Below, piece by piece: positions 1-11,622 of a stretch of DNA of 64,000 nt. The notes beneath the pieces are model-generated. The model saw only the letters and a program-made list of their open reading frames with translations, was not told where the DNA came from and made no database searches. The stretch spans positions 768,001-832,000 of the forward strand of contig CBDHDF010000002.1 in assembly GCA_965261545.1 (NCBI GenBank), written 5' to 3'. A program made the translations under genes and the position numbers. This DNA comes from Bdellovibrionales bacterium. Its GTDB lineage: Bacteria > Bdellovibrionota > Bdellovibrionia > Bdellovibrionales > UBA1609. Each line of letters starts with the position of its first letter. Position 1 is the stretch's first letter.

Positions 1-1
1 A

Positions 2-136
2 AGTACCAAGATAGAAGATGAAATGGTCTATAAATTTATTTTGCCGTACTTAAATCGATTGAGTGACTTGCTCTATGTTCTTGCAAGAAGGTGCAATAGT
101 ATTGCAGGGCAAGAAGACATTTTTTGGAAGAAATAA
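2..136 (+). CDS. 3' end of PduO-type ATP:cob(I)alamin adenosyltransferase (partial, runs in from window edge)
   Basis: Manual translation STKIEDEMVYKFILPYLNRLSDLLYVLARRCN...FWKK*. YLNRLSDLLxxLAR is the conserved PduO/MMAB C-terminal motif. Confidence 0.8.
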   Translation, partial: STKIEDEMVYKFILPYLNRLSDLLYVLARRCNSIAGQEDIFWKK

Positions 137-154
137 AAAAATTGGAAGAAACCA

Positions 155-1270
155 TTGAAACTCATTAAAGCAACTTCGGAAGATAACCATAGACTTAGTG
201 AGTATTTGAAGCACACACTTTTTCCCATGTCTGTGGATCTTTGTCTTCACCGTGACAATGATTTTTTTGCTCCCTATCGGTTGCAGTCCGATGATTTTTC
301 TACATACTATCTCGTCGATGATCATGGAAATCCCCAGGGTATGGCCACCCTTATTTTTAAGCAAGGCTGGGTGGGGGGCAAGGGACCTCAAACCATTGGT
401 TATCTCACCGACCTTCGTGTCTCTTCACAAAAAAAGGTAGCTCTCCAGTGGTATCAGCAGTTTTCTTCCACTTTAAAGGTGGTGTGTGAAGAGAGGAATT
501 GTCAGTCTATTTTTTCTGTGGTGCCTCGTCACCATTTGCGAGCTTACAATGCCTTTATTAGCCCTCGTCCCAACAAAAGGCAGTTTCCAAGGTATTATTT
601 AGTTCGTCATTTGCAATTTATTGTGGTCCATGGAGTTGTTCCCTTTGCCCCAGCTCCTTTAAAGGGGATCACCCTCCGTTCGGCCATTCAGGGGGACCGC
701 AATGCTCTTGTGGACTATATGGCTGGCCATCGAGTGAATCGACCCATTACTTTTGCCTCTACAAAGAATGATGTGGGTGATTTGATTCAGCGTTGGAAAA
801 ATCTCTCCATTGAAGATTTTATTGTAGCTTTTGATGCCAAGGGTGATATTGTGGGTTGCACGGCTCCCTGGCGTCCTTCAGATATTCAAAAATACTATGT
901 GAGGGCTTATTCTTCCAAAGCGAAGACTTTGCGAACAGTCTTTAATTTTTTTTCTTATCTTGGAGTCACTCACTCTCTTCCTCCATCGGGAAGTTTTTTT
1001 AACCCCGTTTATCTCACCCATTTGTGTGCCAATAATTCAGATATATTCTACAGTCTTGTTTATTACGTTTTTAAAAGAATATCGAAAATTGAATTCTTGG
1101 CTTACTATCATTTTCAAGGGTATTTGACGACGCTTCCCCCCCATTTTTTGATCTACTCATCCATTCCATGTGGTTTGTACTGTGTGGTTCCATGGGATAT
1201 CCAAGTTCCTGACTTTGTGAGACCTCGTCCCTTTGAGGCGCCCCCTGATTTTGAAGCGGCTTTTTTCTAA
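155..1270 (+). CDS. hypothetical protein, possible tandem GNAT-fold protein
   Basis: 371-aa ORF with TTG start. GYLTDLRV and GDIVGCTAPW segments resemble GNAT beta strands. Confidence 0.55.
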   Translation: MKLIKATSEDNHRLSEYLKHTLFPMSVDLCLHRDNDFFAPYRLQSDDFSTYYLVDDHGNPQGMATLIFKQGWVGGKGPQTIGYLTDLRVSSQKKVALQWYQQFSSTLKVVCEERNCQSIFSVVPRHHLRAYNAFISPRPNKRQFPRYYLVRHLQFIVVHGVVPFAPAPLKGITLRSAIQGDRNALVDYMAGHRVNRPITFASTKNDVGDLIQRWKNLSIEDFIVAFDAKGDIVGCTAPWRPSDIQKYYVRAYSSKAKTLRTVFNFFSYLGVTHSLPPSGSFFNPVYLTHLCANNSDIFYSLVYYVFKRISKIEFLAYYHFQGYLTTLPPHFLIYSSIPCGLYCVVPWDIQVPDFVRPRPFEAPPDFEAAFF

Positions 1271-1585
1271 TATCTATCTATCTATATATAGATATAGCAT
1301 TTAGGTACTTTAGTATTTCATAGTACTTTTATAGTGGGTCATTCACAGCTTTTCATGGCATTTGTCGACTTAGCGCATTAGGGGTGGAGGCATAAAACCA
1401 CATGGGTTTCATTTCTTGTTTGAAAAATCATCCTGCTAAATGTTAGATATAGGTATACGAAGTGATAAGTCGCAGTGGTAAGCATAGGCATTATGTATTA
1501 ATGTTATGATTAAATACCATATATTTAGATACTATGTATTATATGTATTAATTGAGTGGAATCTTATAAATTAGGAATATCCTAG

Positions 1586-2140
1586 ATGAATATGGATGAT
1601 ATAGGGAAAAGGCTATTGGCGGTCGTGTTGGGTGCTGTGGTTTTGTTGGGTGGGCTGTCCCTGCTTATTTATGTGGTGGCCAATAATACATTGGTGGTGG
1701 GCTATAACAAAGGGTATATGCCTGACCAACCCCTTCCCTTCTCCCATGAACTCCATGCAGGTCAGTACAAAATGGATTGCAGATATTGCCACACAGGGGT
1801 CGAGAGCACCCGTCACGCTACGGTGCCTAGTCTCAATATTTGTATGAATTGCCACACGGTTATTGGTGCCAATGGGAGCCAAGCCATTGCCAAGCTTCGC
1901 GAAGCTTACGAAAAAGGGAATCCTATTCAATGGAAAAAGGTGCATCTTCTCCCCGATCATGTCAAATTCAGTCATTCGCCCCATATTCTTGCTGGTAAGG
2001 ATTGTAAGGAGTGTCATGGTCCCGTGGAAACCATGTCCACTGTTTATCAATTTGAAAGTTTATCCATGGGTTGGTGTGTGAATTGCCACCGTGAACCTGA
2101 AAATAAGGCTTCAACAAACTGTTCCACATGTCATTATTGA
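1586..2140 (+). CDS. actA: alternative complex III subunit A, pentaheme cytochrome c
   Basis: N-terminal TM helix; five CxxCH motifs (CRYCH, CMNCH, CKECH, CVNCH, CSTCH); PDQPLPFSHELH motif; operon context. Confidence 0.92.
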   Translation: MNMDDIGKRLLAVVLGAVVLLGGLSLLIYVVANNTLVVGYNKGYMPDQPLPFSHELHAGQYKMDCRYCHTGVESTRHATVPSLNICMNCHTVIGANGSQAIAKLREAYEKGNPIQWKKVHLLPDHVKFSHSPHILAGKDCKECHGPVETMSTVYQFESLSMGWCVNCHREPENKASTNCSTCHY

Positions 2141-2156
2141 ATTGAGGTTAGGGGCT

Positions 2157-5100
2157 ATGAAGAAAAATTCAAAATATTGGTTGAGTTTAGAGCAGTGGGC
2201 CAAGGATCCTGAGTTTCAAAAACTGGCTGAAAATGAATTTATGTCCAGTCCTTTTTTTGGAAGTGAGGAAAGAGAAAAAAAAGGAGAAGGAGAGGAAAGC
2301 GAAGGGGGAACGGCAAGGCGCACCTTTCTCAAGCTTATGGGGGCCAGTATGGCCTTAAGCTCCTTTGGCTGTATTCGTCGTCCGGCGCAGAAAATTGTTC
2401 CCTATGTGAATCGTCCCACCGACCTAGTGCTTGGTGTGGCCAACCACTACGCCTCTTCCTTTACAGATGGCTTTGAAGGTTTTGGAATCCTTGTCACCAC
2501 CCGGGAGGGGCGCCCCATTAAAATTGAGGGCAACCCGGATCACCCCATGAACCGAGGGGGTTTGTCCGCCCGTGCCCATGCCCATTTACTTAGCCTTTAT
2601 GATCCAGAGAGGTTGTCGGGCCCCAGGCAAAATCTTCTCAATGAGGGGCGCACCAACCGAGATACCATTCGTATTCCATGGGGCAAAGCCGATCAAGTGA
2701 TTCAAAAGCAATTGGCCCGTGGAGGAGTGGCTCTTCTCACAGGTCGTATATCTTCCCCCTCCACTCAAAAACTCATAGGGGAGTTTTTGAGTCATATGGA
2801 TATGGGTCGTGGGAGTGCAACCCATCATAGTGGCTCCAAGAAACATCCCACCCTAAGTGGTCATTACGCTTGGGAGCCTGTGACTTTTGACAATCATCTT
2901 CAGGCCAGTGAGAAATGCTATGGTCAACCCGTGGTGGCAAGGCTCGCTTTGGACAAGGCCGATTGCATTGTTTCTGTGGATGCCGACTTTTTGGGAACTT
3001 ACCTTTCCCCCACGGAGTTCAGCCGCGATTTTTCCCGCGGTCGTAGAAAGCTTGAGCGAGGTATGAATCGCTTGGTGGTTTTTGAGTCTTTAATGTCGCT
3101 TACAGGTTCCAATGCCGATGAAAGATTTCAAATCAAGCCCTCCCAGCAGTTGGATGTCCTCATGGGGCTTGCCTATGAAATTGTGGTCACGCAGGGACGA
3201 TCTTCCTATGCCAAGGATCCCATAGTTCAGAAAGTGCTTCAGGCTTACAGCGGTGTGGGTCATAGCCTTGATCTTGGGAAAAACTCACTCTCCTCTGTGG
3301 CTCAATCTCTTTGGAAGCACCGAGGAAAAAGCCTTGTTCTCGCTGGAGGGTTGTGCACTCAAGGAGGAGTGGAAGTTCAAGTAGCTGTGAATTTTTTAAA
3401 CTCCATTCTTGAAAATGAAGGGCAAACCGTGGACGGGAGCCACCGCCCCTATGCAGGTCTTTCATCTCACACGGAGGGTCTTAAATCTCTTGTGGAAGAA
3501 ATCCATCGGGGAAATGTGAAAACTCTTGTTATTCATGGCACAAATCCCATTTATGGGGCCCCTGACAATATGGGTTTTCGTGAGGCTCTCAAAAAGGTCG
3601 AAATGGTGATTTATACCGGAGATCGTGTGGATGAGACCGGGGGTATGGCTCACTATATTCTCCCCGACCATCATCCCATGGAAAACTGGGGGGATGCAGA
3701 GTTTCAAAAGGGTGTTTACAGTATTCAACAACCGACAATTCGTCCTATGAATGACACTCGTGCCTTTCAAGATAGTTTGCTCAAATGGATGGGGCGTGAA
3801 ACGACTTGGTACGATTTCTTAAAATCCCACTGGGAAAAGTTATTTTTAACGGTGGGAACTTTTTCCCAACTCTCTTCGTCTTCTTCTTTGGGAATCAATG
3901 AAAAGCCTTGGGTTTCCTTTTTGAAAAAAGGGGTTTGGATGAGAGGGGGGCAAGACTCCTCCCTCTTCCCTTCTGCTTCCTCTCTTTCAGGCAAAGGCAA
4001 AGGGGTAAGGAGCTTTTCTACTTTGGCCTTAGAGCAGCTTCTCACTTACAGCAAAACTCGCATTGGTGCGGGTCGTTCCCATGGCTCCAAAAATAAAGGT
4101 TGGTATAAAGGTGCCAGAGGTCGAGGAGGCGAGGGTTTGGAACTCGCTCTTTACACAAATTCAGGATTGAGGGATGGGAGTATGGCCAATGTTTCTTGGC
4201 TCCATGAGTTTCCTGATCCCGTCACAAAAATCTGTTGGGATAATTATGCCACCGTTTCTGTGGGATTCGCCCATGAAAAAAATCTTCGAGAAGGGGACAT
4301 GGTGCAGTTGAAAGTCAAAGGCCGTGATCCTGTGGAGGTCCCCGTTCACATTCAGCCGGGACAGCATGACTCTGTGGTGGGTTTGGCCTTGGGTTACGGG
4401 CGTTGGGCGGCTGGGGCTGTGGCCAATGGCGTGGGGGTTCGGGCCTATGGTCTTGTGGGTTACGAGGAAAAACATGGGCTCAGTATTTTTGCGGGTCAGC
4501 CGGTAGAAATCAAGAAAATACATGGTCATGTGGCTTTGGCGGGGACCCAAGGTCATCATAGTATGGAGGGGCGTCAGATTGTTGTTGAGGCCACTCTTGA
4601 TGAGTACAAGAAAAATCCAGGGGCTCGCATTCACCGCCACAAGACCTTTAGTTTATGGAGTGGTCACGAATACAAGGGGCACAAATGGGCTATGTCTGTG
4701 GATCTCAATTCATGCACAGGTTGTGGGGCTTGCATGGTTGCCTGCCAAGCCGAAAACAATATTCCCACAGTTGGCAAAAAGCACCTTCTCAATGGTCGTG
4801 AGATGCATTGGATACGTGTGGATCGGTATTATGTGGGACCTCCGAAGAACCCTGACACTGTTCATATGCCCGTGATGTGTCAGCATTGTGACAATGCTCC
4901 CTGTGAGACGGTGTGTCCTGTTGCGGCGACGGTTCACGGTGATGAAGGCACTAACGATATGATTTACAATCGCTGTGTTGGAACTCGCTACTGTGCCAAT
5001 AATTGCCCCTACAAAGTGAGACGCTTTAATTGGTTTAAGTACAACGATATTCCCTCACCTTTGAATTTAGCTCTCAACCCCGAGGTGACGGTGCGGTCCC

Positions 5101-5447
5101 GTGGTGTTATGGAAAAGTGCACTTTTTGCAATCATCGCATTAAAGATGTCAAACATAGAGCCCGCCTGGAAGGTCGACGGAAGGTGCAAGACGGAGAAAT
5201 TCAAGTGGCTTGTGAACAAAGTTGCCCCTCCCAGGCCATTGTCTTTGGTGATATGAATGACCCTCACTCAAAGGTGAGCCAAGAACACAAGAAAGCCAAC
5301 TCTTACACTCTTCTGGAAGAACTTAACAACGTGCCTGCTGTGCGCTATCGCTCTAAAATTCGCAACACAGGTCAACTCAAGTCGGGGGTCCACGATGGGG
5401 GCCACGGCGAGGGGCACAGTGAACAGGGGGGAGATCAGCACTCATGA
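2157..5447 (+). CDS. actB: alternative complex III subunit B (TAT-variant molybdopterin-oxidoreductase-like domain fused to an Fe-S domain)
   Basis: KYWLSLE N-terminus; [11 protein letters not shown]at motif; [15 protein letters not shown]-terminal [47 protein letters not shown] at 2157 chosen over the upstream GTG. Confidence 0.93.
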   Translation: MKKNSKYWLSLEQWAKDPEFQKLAENEFMSSPFFGSEEREKKGEGEESEGGTARRTFLKLMGASMALSSFGCIRRPAQKIVPYVNRPTDLVLGVANHYASSFTDGFEGFGILVTTREGRPIKIEGNPDHPMNRGGLSARAHAHLLSLYDPERLSGPRQNLLNEGRTNRDTIRIPWGKADQVIQKQLARGGVALLTGRISSPSTQKLIGEFLSHMDMGRGSATHHSGSKKHPTLSGHYAWEPVTFDNHLQASEKCYGQPVVARLALDKADCIVSVDADFLGTYLSPTEFSRDFSRGRRKLERGMNRLVVFESLMSLTGSNADERFQIKPSQQLDVLMGLAYEIVVTQGRSSYAKDPIVQKVLQAYSGVGHSLDLGKNSLSSVAQSLWKHRGKSLVLAGGLCTQGGVEVQVAVNFLNSILENEGQTVDGSHRPYAGLSSHTEGLKSLVEEIHRGNVKTLVIHGTNPIYGAPDNMGFREALKKVEMVIYTGDRVDETGGMAHYILPDHHPMENWGDAEFQKGVYSIQQPTIRPMNDTRAFQDSLLKWMGRETTWYDFLKSHWEKLFLTVGTFSQLSSSSSLGINEKPWVSFLKKGVWMRGGQDSSLFPSASSLSGKGKGVRSFSTLALEQLLTYSKTRIGAGRSHGSKNKGWYKGARGRGGEGLELALYTNSGLRDGSMANVSWLHEFPDPVTKICWDNYATVSVGFAHEKNLREGDMVQLKVKGRDPVEVPVHIQPGQHDSVVGLALGYGRWAAGAVANGVGVRAYGLVGYEEKHGLSIFAGQPVEIKKIHGHVALAGTQGHHSMEGRQIVVEATLDEYKKNPGARIHRHKTFSLWSGHEYKGHKWAMSVDLNSCTGCGACMVACQAENNIPTVGKKHLLNGREMHWIRVDRYYVGPPKNPDTVHMPVMCQHCDNAPCETVCPVAATVHGDEGTNDMIYNRCVGTRYCANNCPYKVRRFNWFKYNDIPSPLNLALNPEVTVRSRGVMEKCTFCNHRIKDVKHRARLEGRRKVQDGEIQVACEQSCPSQAIVFGDMNDPHSKVSQEHKKANSYTLLEELNNVPAVRYRSKIRNTGQLKSGVHDGGHGEGHSEQGGDQHS

Positions 5448-6799
5448 TCAAACGCGAACCTCTCGTTCTTGGCAATAAAACCTACAAAGATATCACTGAT
5501 GATATTTGTGGTCTCCTAGAGAAAGTTCCTGGGCTGTCCTATTTTGGAGTTCTTCTGGGAATTAAGGGGCTTTATCTCTTTTACCTTTTTGTTCTTGGTT
5601 GCATTGTGGCCACGGGCATGGGCTTAATGGGTGTCAACAACCCCGTGGCCTGGGGAACAGATATTATCACCTTTGTTTTTTGGATTGGCATTGGCCATGC
5701 TGGGACTTTGATTTCGGCCATTTTGTTTCTCTTTCGCCAAAAATGGCGAACATCCATTGCGCGAACGGCGGAGGCCATGACTGTATTTGCTGTGATGACA
5801 GCGGGTATTTTCCCCATTGTTCATACGGGTCGTCCTTGGCTTGCCTATTGGTTGCTTCCCTACCCAAACCAACGAGGTCCCCTTTGGGTCAATTTTAGAT
5901 CTCCTCTTGTGTGGGACGTCTTTGCCGTTTCCACCTATGCCATGGTCTCCATGGTTTTTTGGTATATTGGAATGATTCCCGACCTGGCCACCATTCGCGA
6001 CCGCTCCACGGGCCTAAGGAAAACGATATATGGAACTCTTTCCCTGGGGTGGCGTGGAACAGCTCGCAACTGGAATCACTACGAAATGGTCTATATGCTT
6101 TTGGCAGGTTTATCGACTCCCTTGGTTTTATCCGTTCACAGTATTGTCTCCTTTGACTTTGCTGTGGCTCAACTGCCAGGGTGGCATACAACTATTTTTC
6201 CACCTTATTTTGTAGCTGGGGCTATTTTTTCAGGTTTTGGTATGGTGGTCACTTTGATGACCTTGGTGAGAATTCTCGTTCCCAAGTTCAAAGACTATAT
6301 CACCATCAACCACATGGAAGCCATGAACAAGATCATTATGATGACGGCTTTGATGGTGGGTTATGCCTATGGATCTGAGTTTTTTATCGCTTGGTACTCA
6401 GGTTCTCCCTATGAAGGGTTTGTATTTTTAAATAGAGCTTTTGGTCCCTATGGTTGGTCCTATTGGATTATGGTTTCCTGCAATGTATTTATTCCCCAGT
6501 TTTTTTGGTTTAAGTACTGTCGCAGAAGTATTCCCATCATGTTTATCATTTCTATTTTTGTGAACATTGGGATGTGGTTTGAGCGCTATGTGATTGTGGT
6601 TACCTCTTTGCATAGGGATTTTCTCACTTCCAGTTGGGGGATTTTCGATTTGACCTTCTTTGACCTTGGGGCTATTTTTGGAAGTTTCGGAATGTTTTTA
6701 TTTTTGTTTATGCTTTATATCCGTACGCTTCCAGCTATTTCCATTGCCGAGGTCAAACCTGTGCTTCATGTTGGTAAGGAGGATCGGCACCATGGCTAG
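5444..6799 (+). CDS. actC: alternative complex III subunit C (NrfD-family quinol-binding membrane subunit)
   Basis: [31 protein letters not shown] and [14 protein letters not shown] motifs; multiple TM helices. Confidence 0.93.
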   Translation: MIKREPLVLGNKTYKDITDDICGLLEKVPGLSYFGVLLGIKGLYLFYLFVLGCIVATGMGLMGVNNPVAWGTDIITFVFWIGIGHAGTLISAILFLFRQKWRTSIARTAEAMTVFAVMTAGIFPIVHTGRPWLAYWLLPYPNQRGPLWVNFRSPLVWDVFAVSTYAMVSMVFWYIGMIPDLATIRDRSTGLRKTIYGTLSLGWRGTARNWNHYEMVYMLLAGLSTPLVLSVHSIVSFDFAVAQLPGWHTTIFPPYFVAGAIFSGFGMVVTLMTLVRILVPKFKDYITINHMEAMNKIIMMTALMVGYAYGSEFFIAWYSGSPYEGFVFLNRAFGPYGWSYWIMVSCNVFIPQFFWFKYCRRSIPIMFIISIFVNIGMWFERYVIVVTSLHRDFLTSSWGIFDLTFFDLGAIFGSFGMFLFLFMLYIRTLPAISIAEVKPVLHVGKEDRHHG

Positions 6800-7337
6800 T
6801 TTGTATGACATGATAAGAACAAAGGGGCGTCCAGGTGTGGCCGGCATTTGGTCCGATGAACATAAGATGGTGGAAGCCGCTCGGCAGACCCGTAGGGCGG
6901 GCTTTAAGAAATTCAATGCCATTAGTCCCTTTCCCCTTCATGGAATTGATGAAGCCATGGATATTAAGGTGTCCTGGATTCCTTGGGTTACTTTTGTCAT
7001 GGGCCTTGTGGGCTGTCTTTTTGGCCTGTGGTTTACTTGGTGGACTTCCGCCGTGGACTGGCCCTTGGTTATTGGTGGAAAACCCCTATGGTCCTTGCCT
7101 GCTTTTATCCCCATTATTTTTGAGTTGACGATTCTTTTTGCGGCCCTGAGTTCCGTGGGGGCCTTGTTTTTTATTTGTGGCATGCCCGCTGTGGACCCAC
7201 CCATTATTGACCCAGCGTTGACCTGTCATAAGTTTGCCTTGTTTGTGCCAAAAAATGATGTGAACTTTGATCAGGCAAGAGTGGAAGCTCTATTCAAGGA
7301 ACTTGGGGCCGAAGAAGTACGCCAAACAGAGTTTTGA
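6792..7337 (+). CDS. actD: alternative complex III subunit D (DUF3341)
   Basis: [12 protein letters not shown] and WPLVIGGKP...[13 protein letters not shown] motifs; ATG at 6792 overlaps the actC end. Confidence 0.88.
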   Translation: MASLYDMIRTKGRPGVAGIWSDEHKMVEAARQTRRAGFKKFNAISPFPLHGIDEAMDIKVSWIPWVTFVMGLVGCLFGLWFTWWTSAVDWPLVIGGKPLWSLPAFIPIIFELTILFAALSSVGALFFICGMPAVDPPIIDPALTCHKFALFVPKNDVNFDQARVEALFKELGAEEVRQTEF

Positions 7338-7434
7338 ACTTTATAGGGAGCTTTAGGGTGTGTTCATATTAAAGCAAGACAATGATGGCAACTCCATTTT
7401 CGGATGGCAGAGTTTTAGTTGAGGGAATTTTAGA

Positions 7435-8037
7435 ATGTTAATATTTCGGATGTCAGTATTGACTATGTTGTTATTGAGGCTGTCAGCATTCTTAGTGGTG
7501 ATCTGTGGGTTGGTGGGTCTTATGGCCTGCAATGGTGGAAAAAATCAAACAAATATTGAACTCATTCAAAATATGATGGATCAAAGGTCCATCAAAGCCC
7601 AAGACTGGGACCCCCAGCACCCCAATAAGGCCATGATGCTTCTTCCCCCAGAGAATACCATACCTAGAAATAAAACACCCTATCCCTACCACTTGGATTA
7701 TCAATCCGCAGAAAAGAACTTGAAAAACCCCTACGCAGGGGACAACACTCCCGATATTCTCATAGAGGGGAAGAAGTATTTTGGCATTTACTGTGCTGTT
7801 TGCCATGGTTCCAAGGGAGCGGGAGATGGTCCTGTGGCAGAAAAAATGGCCGCCATACGCCGTCCTCCTTCATTGTTGTCCCAGCAAGTGAGGGATTATT
7901 CGGATGCAAGACTTTTTCACATTATAACAGATGGTCAGGGGTTGATGTCGGGTTATGCTTCACAAATAAGCGACGAGAAAAAACGTTGGACCATTGTCAA
8001 TTACTTGCGAACTCTCCAGAAGTCGTCGAGTCCATAG
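7435..8037 (+). CDS. actE: alternative complex III subunit E, monoheme cytochrome c lipoprotein
   Basis: Lipobox LMA-C; single CAVCH; start codon uncertain. Confidence 0.88.
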   Translation: MLIFRMSVLTMLLLRLSAFLVVICGLVGLMACNGGKNQTNIELIQNMMDQRSIKAQDWDPQHPNKAMMLLPPENTIPRNKTPYPYHLDYQSAEKNLKNPYAGDNTPDILIEGKKYFGIYCAVCHGSKGAGDGPVAEKMAAIRRPPSLLSQQVRDYSDARLFHIITDGQGLMSGYASQISDEKKRWTIVNYLRTLQKSSSP

Positions 8038-8063
8038 GTAAAAAAGAGGAAAAAGAGGATTTT

Positions 8064-9266
8064 ATGTCAACAGTTGCAAAGCCACAAAACTGGATGATGA
8101 GTCATAAATTTAAGTACACATGTGTGAGCATGATGTTCATTGGAGTGGTGGCCTTTGCACTGTCCATGGCCACAGATTCCACAAGGGCCTGGCATGCCTA
8201 TATGTTGGGTTTTTTCTATACGACCTCACTGGCTGTGGGGGGATTGTTTTTTACAGCTGTTCAGCATGCCGCCAATGTGGGCTGGAGTGTCAATATACGT
8301 CGCTTTTGCGAATCTTATACAGCCTTTTTGCCTCACTGCATGGTGGCCGCCGTGGTGTTCCTCCTTGGTGTGGTTTTCATGGGTGTTGATGTTTACGATT
8401 GGCTCAATCCCCAACTGGTGGCTCAAGATCATCTTCTAAAACACAAGGCCCCCTATTTGAATGGAACATTCTTTATCATTCGAACCCTTCTCTTCTTTGG
8501 CCTTTGGGTTTTCTTTGCAAAAAAGATCGTGGGCCACTCTTTAAAGCAAGACAATGATGGCAACTCCATTTGGACAAAAAAGAATGTGCCTCTTTCTGTG
8601 GGTTTTCTTTTGATATTTGCCCTTTCCTACTCTTTGTTTTCCATTGATATTCTCATGAGTCTTGAACCCCATTGGTTTAGCACGATCTTTGGTGTTTACA
8701 CATTTGCAGGTTTATTTCAAACGACCATAGCCTCCATGATCTTGTGGATATTTTATCTTCGTGGTCAAGGGCTGCTCAATGGCTATGTGGATGAGAATCA
8801 TATTCACGATTTGGGTAAGTTCCTCTTTGCATTCACTGTTTTTTGGGCCTACATTGCCTTTTCCCAATACATGTTGATTTGGTATGCCAACCTTCCTGAA
8901 GAAACCATCTTTTTTATGCCACGAAGTCATGGATCTTGGGTATGGGTTTCTATAGCTCTTATTATCTTTAAGTTTATTGTGCCATTTTTGGCCCTACTGT
9001 CGAGGCGAGCCAAGCGAAATCCAGCTATGCTTGGGGCTGTGGCCGTACTCATTTTAATCATGCAATTTGTGGATCTCTACTGGTTGATTTACCCCAATTT
9101 AAATCGAGAGCACAGTATGGTGTTTGGTTTTACAGAGGTGGCTGTTTTCTTGGGTTTTATGGGTGGTTTTGCTTTGGTGGTGGCAAGGTTTTTGAGCAAA
9201 AATCCCCTTGTGCCCTATCGAGACCCAAGGATACATGAGTCTATCCACCACCATGTGACCTACTGA
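8064..9266 (+). CDS. actF: alternative complex III subunit F membrane protein
   Basis: MSLEPHWFSTIFG, HDLGKFLFAF, FSQYMLIWYANLPEE motifs; ATG at 8064 follows a GAGG RBS. Confidence 0.9.
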   Translation: MSTVAKPQNWMMSHKFKYTCVSMMFIGVVAFALSMATDSTRAWHAYMLGFFYTTSLAVGGLFFTAVQHAANVGWSVNIRRFCESYTAFLPHCMVAAVVFLLGVVFMGVDVYDWLNPQLVAQDHLLKHKAPYLNGTFFIIRTLLFFGLWVFFAKKIVGHSLKQDNDGNSIWTKKNVPLSVGFLLIFALSYSLFSIDILMSLEPHWFSTIFGVYTFAGLFQTTIASMILWIFYLRGQGLLNGYVDENHIHDLGKFLFAFTVFWAYIAFSQYMLIWYANLPEETIFFMPRSHGSWVWVSIALIIFKFIVPFLALLSRRAKRNPAMLGAVAVLILIMQFVDLYWLIYPNLNREHSMVFGFTEVAVFLGFMGGFALVVARFLSKNPLVPYRDPRIHESIHHHVTY

Positions 9267-9272
9267 TGATCG

Positions 9273-9938
9273 ATGAAAATGATTGATGAACTTATCTCTA
9301 AAAATAAAATGTGGTCAGAAGGAGTCCAGAGGCAAGACCCTCACTTTTTTCAAAACTTGTCCAAGGGGCAATCCCCCTCCATTTTTTGGATAGGTTGTTG
9401 CGATTCAAGAGTGATTCCCACTGAGATTTTTAATATGTCCCTTGGTGATTTTTTCATCCACACCAATATTGCCAATCAGTTTCATGGAGATGATATCAAT
9501 GCCATGGGGGCTCTTGAGTATGCGGTGAACAATCTTGGGGTGAGTCATGTGATTGTTTGTGGCCATACACAGTGTGGTGGCATTCAGCAGGCTCTTTTGG
9601 GATCCAAAGATCTTTCAGAGCCCCTTCAAAAATGGATAGCTCCCATTGAAGAACTAAAATTTTTTTTAGGCAAAGATTCAGAAGAGAACTCTGATGGAAG
9701 CTCTGGTAAAAATTCTAGACAAAATTTTGGTGAAAGCTCCGATGAGAACTCTGGTGAAAGCCCCATTGTTTTAAGTGAAATGAATATAAAACGTCAGGTC
9801 GAAGTTATAAGTCAATGCAAGTTGATAAAGGCCCTGTGGGAAAAAGAAAAGGGGCCTGAAATTCATGGCTGGCTATTTCAAGTGGAAACCGGTCTTATTA
9901 AGAAAATTTGCAGAGCCTTTCCACTTGAAGGAGAGTGA
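9273..9938 (+). CDS. can: beta-class carbonic anhydrase
   Basis: GCCDSRV and CGHTQCGG Zn-binding motifs; NIANQ; contains a Ser/Glu-rich insertion. Confidence 0.9.
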   Translation: MKMIDELISKNKMWSEGVQRQDPHFFQNLSKGQSPSIFWIGCCDSRVIPTEIFNMSLGDFFIHTNIANQFHGDDINAMGALEYAVNNLGVSHVIVCGHTQCGGIQQALLGSKDLSEPLQKWIAPIEELKFFLGKDSEENSDGSSGKNSRQNFGESSDENSGESPIVLSEMNIKRQVEVISQCKLIKALWEKEKGPEIHGWLFQVETGLIKKICRAFPLEGE

Positions 9939-9976
9939 GAATTTTGGATTTACCTAAGTTTTAAAATCCTGGATTT

Positions 9977-11356
9977 TTATTTTTCTCCTCCATCGTGAAT
10001 ACTCCATCCTTTATCCTCTAAGCTTGCACGGGCCAATGCCGCACTGGAGTTATACCCCTCTGTCATGCGAATAGATTTCCTCATATTAGGGTTCACAGGT
10101 GTGGTTTCGTCGAGACTTATTAAAAATTTTGAATAATTTTCAGTAGATATATTTGATGATTGAATAATATTATTCATATTTTTGACGTTTGTAAAGTCCC
10201 ATCCACTCATATCTGGGTTGGCTTGGATAGAATAGACAAACATAGCTTGCATATTGGTGACTTTGGAAGTATCCCAACCACTTGTATCTGGGTTTGCTTC
10301 AATGGCATCAGAAAACATTATTTCCATATTGGTGACTTTAGAAGTGTCCCATCCAGATGTATCTGGATTTGCCTGAAGTGCAAGTTCAAACATACCACTC
10401 ATGTCTGTGACCTTGGAAGTATTCCACCTACTTGTATCTGGGTTCGCTACGCTTGAGGTAGAAAACATAAATGACATGTTCGTCACATTGGAAGTGTCCC
10501 ATTCACTTGTATCTGGGTTTGATTTAGGTGTGTTAAAAAACATCTGTGACATATTGGTGACACTTGATGTATCTCCTCCAGAAATATTTTCTAGAAAAAG
10601 ATTATTCCAAAAACCCTTAGATAAGTCTTTCCATCCTACATTTCCCAGATTGACAACTTCAATCAAAAGACGATTGAAGGGCTCTATGGTATTTTGAAAT
10701 CCCTCACAAGTTCCTTGAATCATTATTGTATATGTTCCTGACGTTGCATAAATGTGAAACTTGTCCACATCATCAAAAGATGTTATCTCACTTATAGGGG
10801 TTCCATCTCCCCAATCAATATTAAAATTATATACCAATACTGATTTTTCATCTGTCTTAAGAGGAAGAGTGAACTTATAATTATCACTTGGAATTTCCCA
10901 TTTTGTTACAAAGTTATTAATATCTCCTTCTACGTTGAAAGTTTTGGTGTCACTACCATGAGTAAATGTGACTGAGAAACTTTCTGATATGCTTTCCATC
11001 ATTTCCATGTTCATATTCATCTCTCCTTCAAATTTATTGGATATGCAAGGTAATTTTGTCGTAACTTCTTCAGAACTTCCCTGCATAGATACCAATACAT
11101 CTTCTCTCAAATTTGAATTACATGTTCCTGAAACAGGGTAAGATTTTGAATTGTATGAAATAATAGGAGATAATTTGCTATCCAATGAAGCTGAATTTGC
11201 GATATTTTTTTTATTCTTGATACCATTTGATTGACTTGTTTCTTTGATGTTATTGCCATTTTCCTTGCATCCCAAGAGGGATACTAGAAACAAAACAATA
11301 AAAAATTTTATTCTAAGACAATTATTTATTTTAAATTCTTTATATTTTTCTTTCAT
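9977..11356 (-). CDS. BspA/DUF285-repeat surface lipoprotein with PKD-like domain
   Basis: Lipobox LLG-C; IDWGDG PKD-like motif; about five 25-aa repeats of ANPDTSxWDTSKVTNMxxMF; AT-rich relative to flanks. Confidence 0.85.
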   Translation of the reverse strand: MKEKYKEFKINNCLRIKFFIVLFLVSLLGCKENGNNIKETSQSNGIKNKKNIANSASLDSKLSPIISYNSKSYPVSGTCNSNLREDVLVSMQGSSEEVTTKLPCISNKFEGEMNMNMEMMESISESFSVTFTHGSDTKTFNVEGDINNFVTKWEIPSDNYKFTLPLKTDEKSVLVYNFNIDWGDGTPISEITSFDDVDKFHIYATSGTYTIMIQGTCEGFQNTIEPFNRLLIEVVNLGNVGWKDLSKGFWNNLFLENISGGDTSSVTNMSQMFFNTPKSNPDTSEWDTSNVTNMSFMFSTSSVANPDTSRWNTSKVTDMSGMFELALQANPDTSGWDTSKVTNMEIMFSDAIEANPDTSGWDTSKVTNMQAMFVYSIQANPDMSGWDFTNVKNMNNIIQSSNISTENYSKFLISLDETTPVNPNMRKSIRMTEGYNSSAALARASLEDKGWSIHDGGEK

Positions 11357-11622
11357 ACGTTATATCCTTTGTTGGTTTTTAATAATTGTTCATTATTAAA
11401 TAATTCGGTCGAATGTATATAAAATATAATAAATTTAGATTAAAAAAATATATAAATATTTATCTTCTTATTATGATATCAATAAGTGTAAAAAATATGT
11501 TTATTTATCCTAATTTTCGTCTCTCAATAGTCATAATGGAAGAAATGGATAGTGTAAAATCTCAAATTTATTATATCTAATGAATGCGGCAATCCTGAAT
11601 AGATACAACGGTTTTATTTACA

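Noticed and set aside
1271..1296. TATC/TA microsatellite
   Set aside because: Short intergenic low-complexity sequence with no functional evidence.
7800..8063. Extended N-terminus of actF (likewise actB and actD in the ORF track)
   Set aside because: Overlaps the upstream gene out of frame; downstream ATGs fit the family length and operon spacing.
10190..10570. 75-bp periodic repeats as a possible CRISPR array
   Set aside because: In-frame degenerate coding repeats (DUF285); no unique spacers or cas genes.
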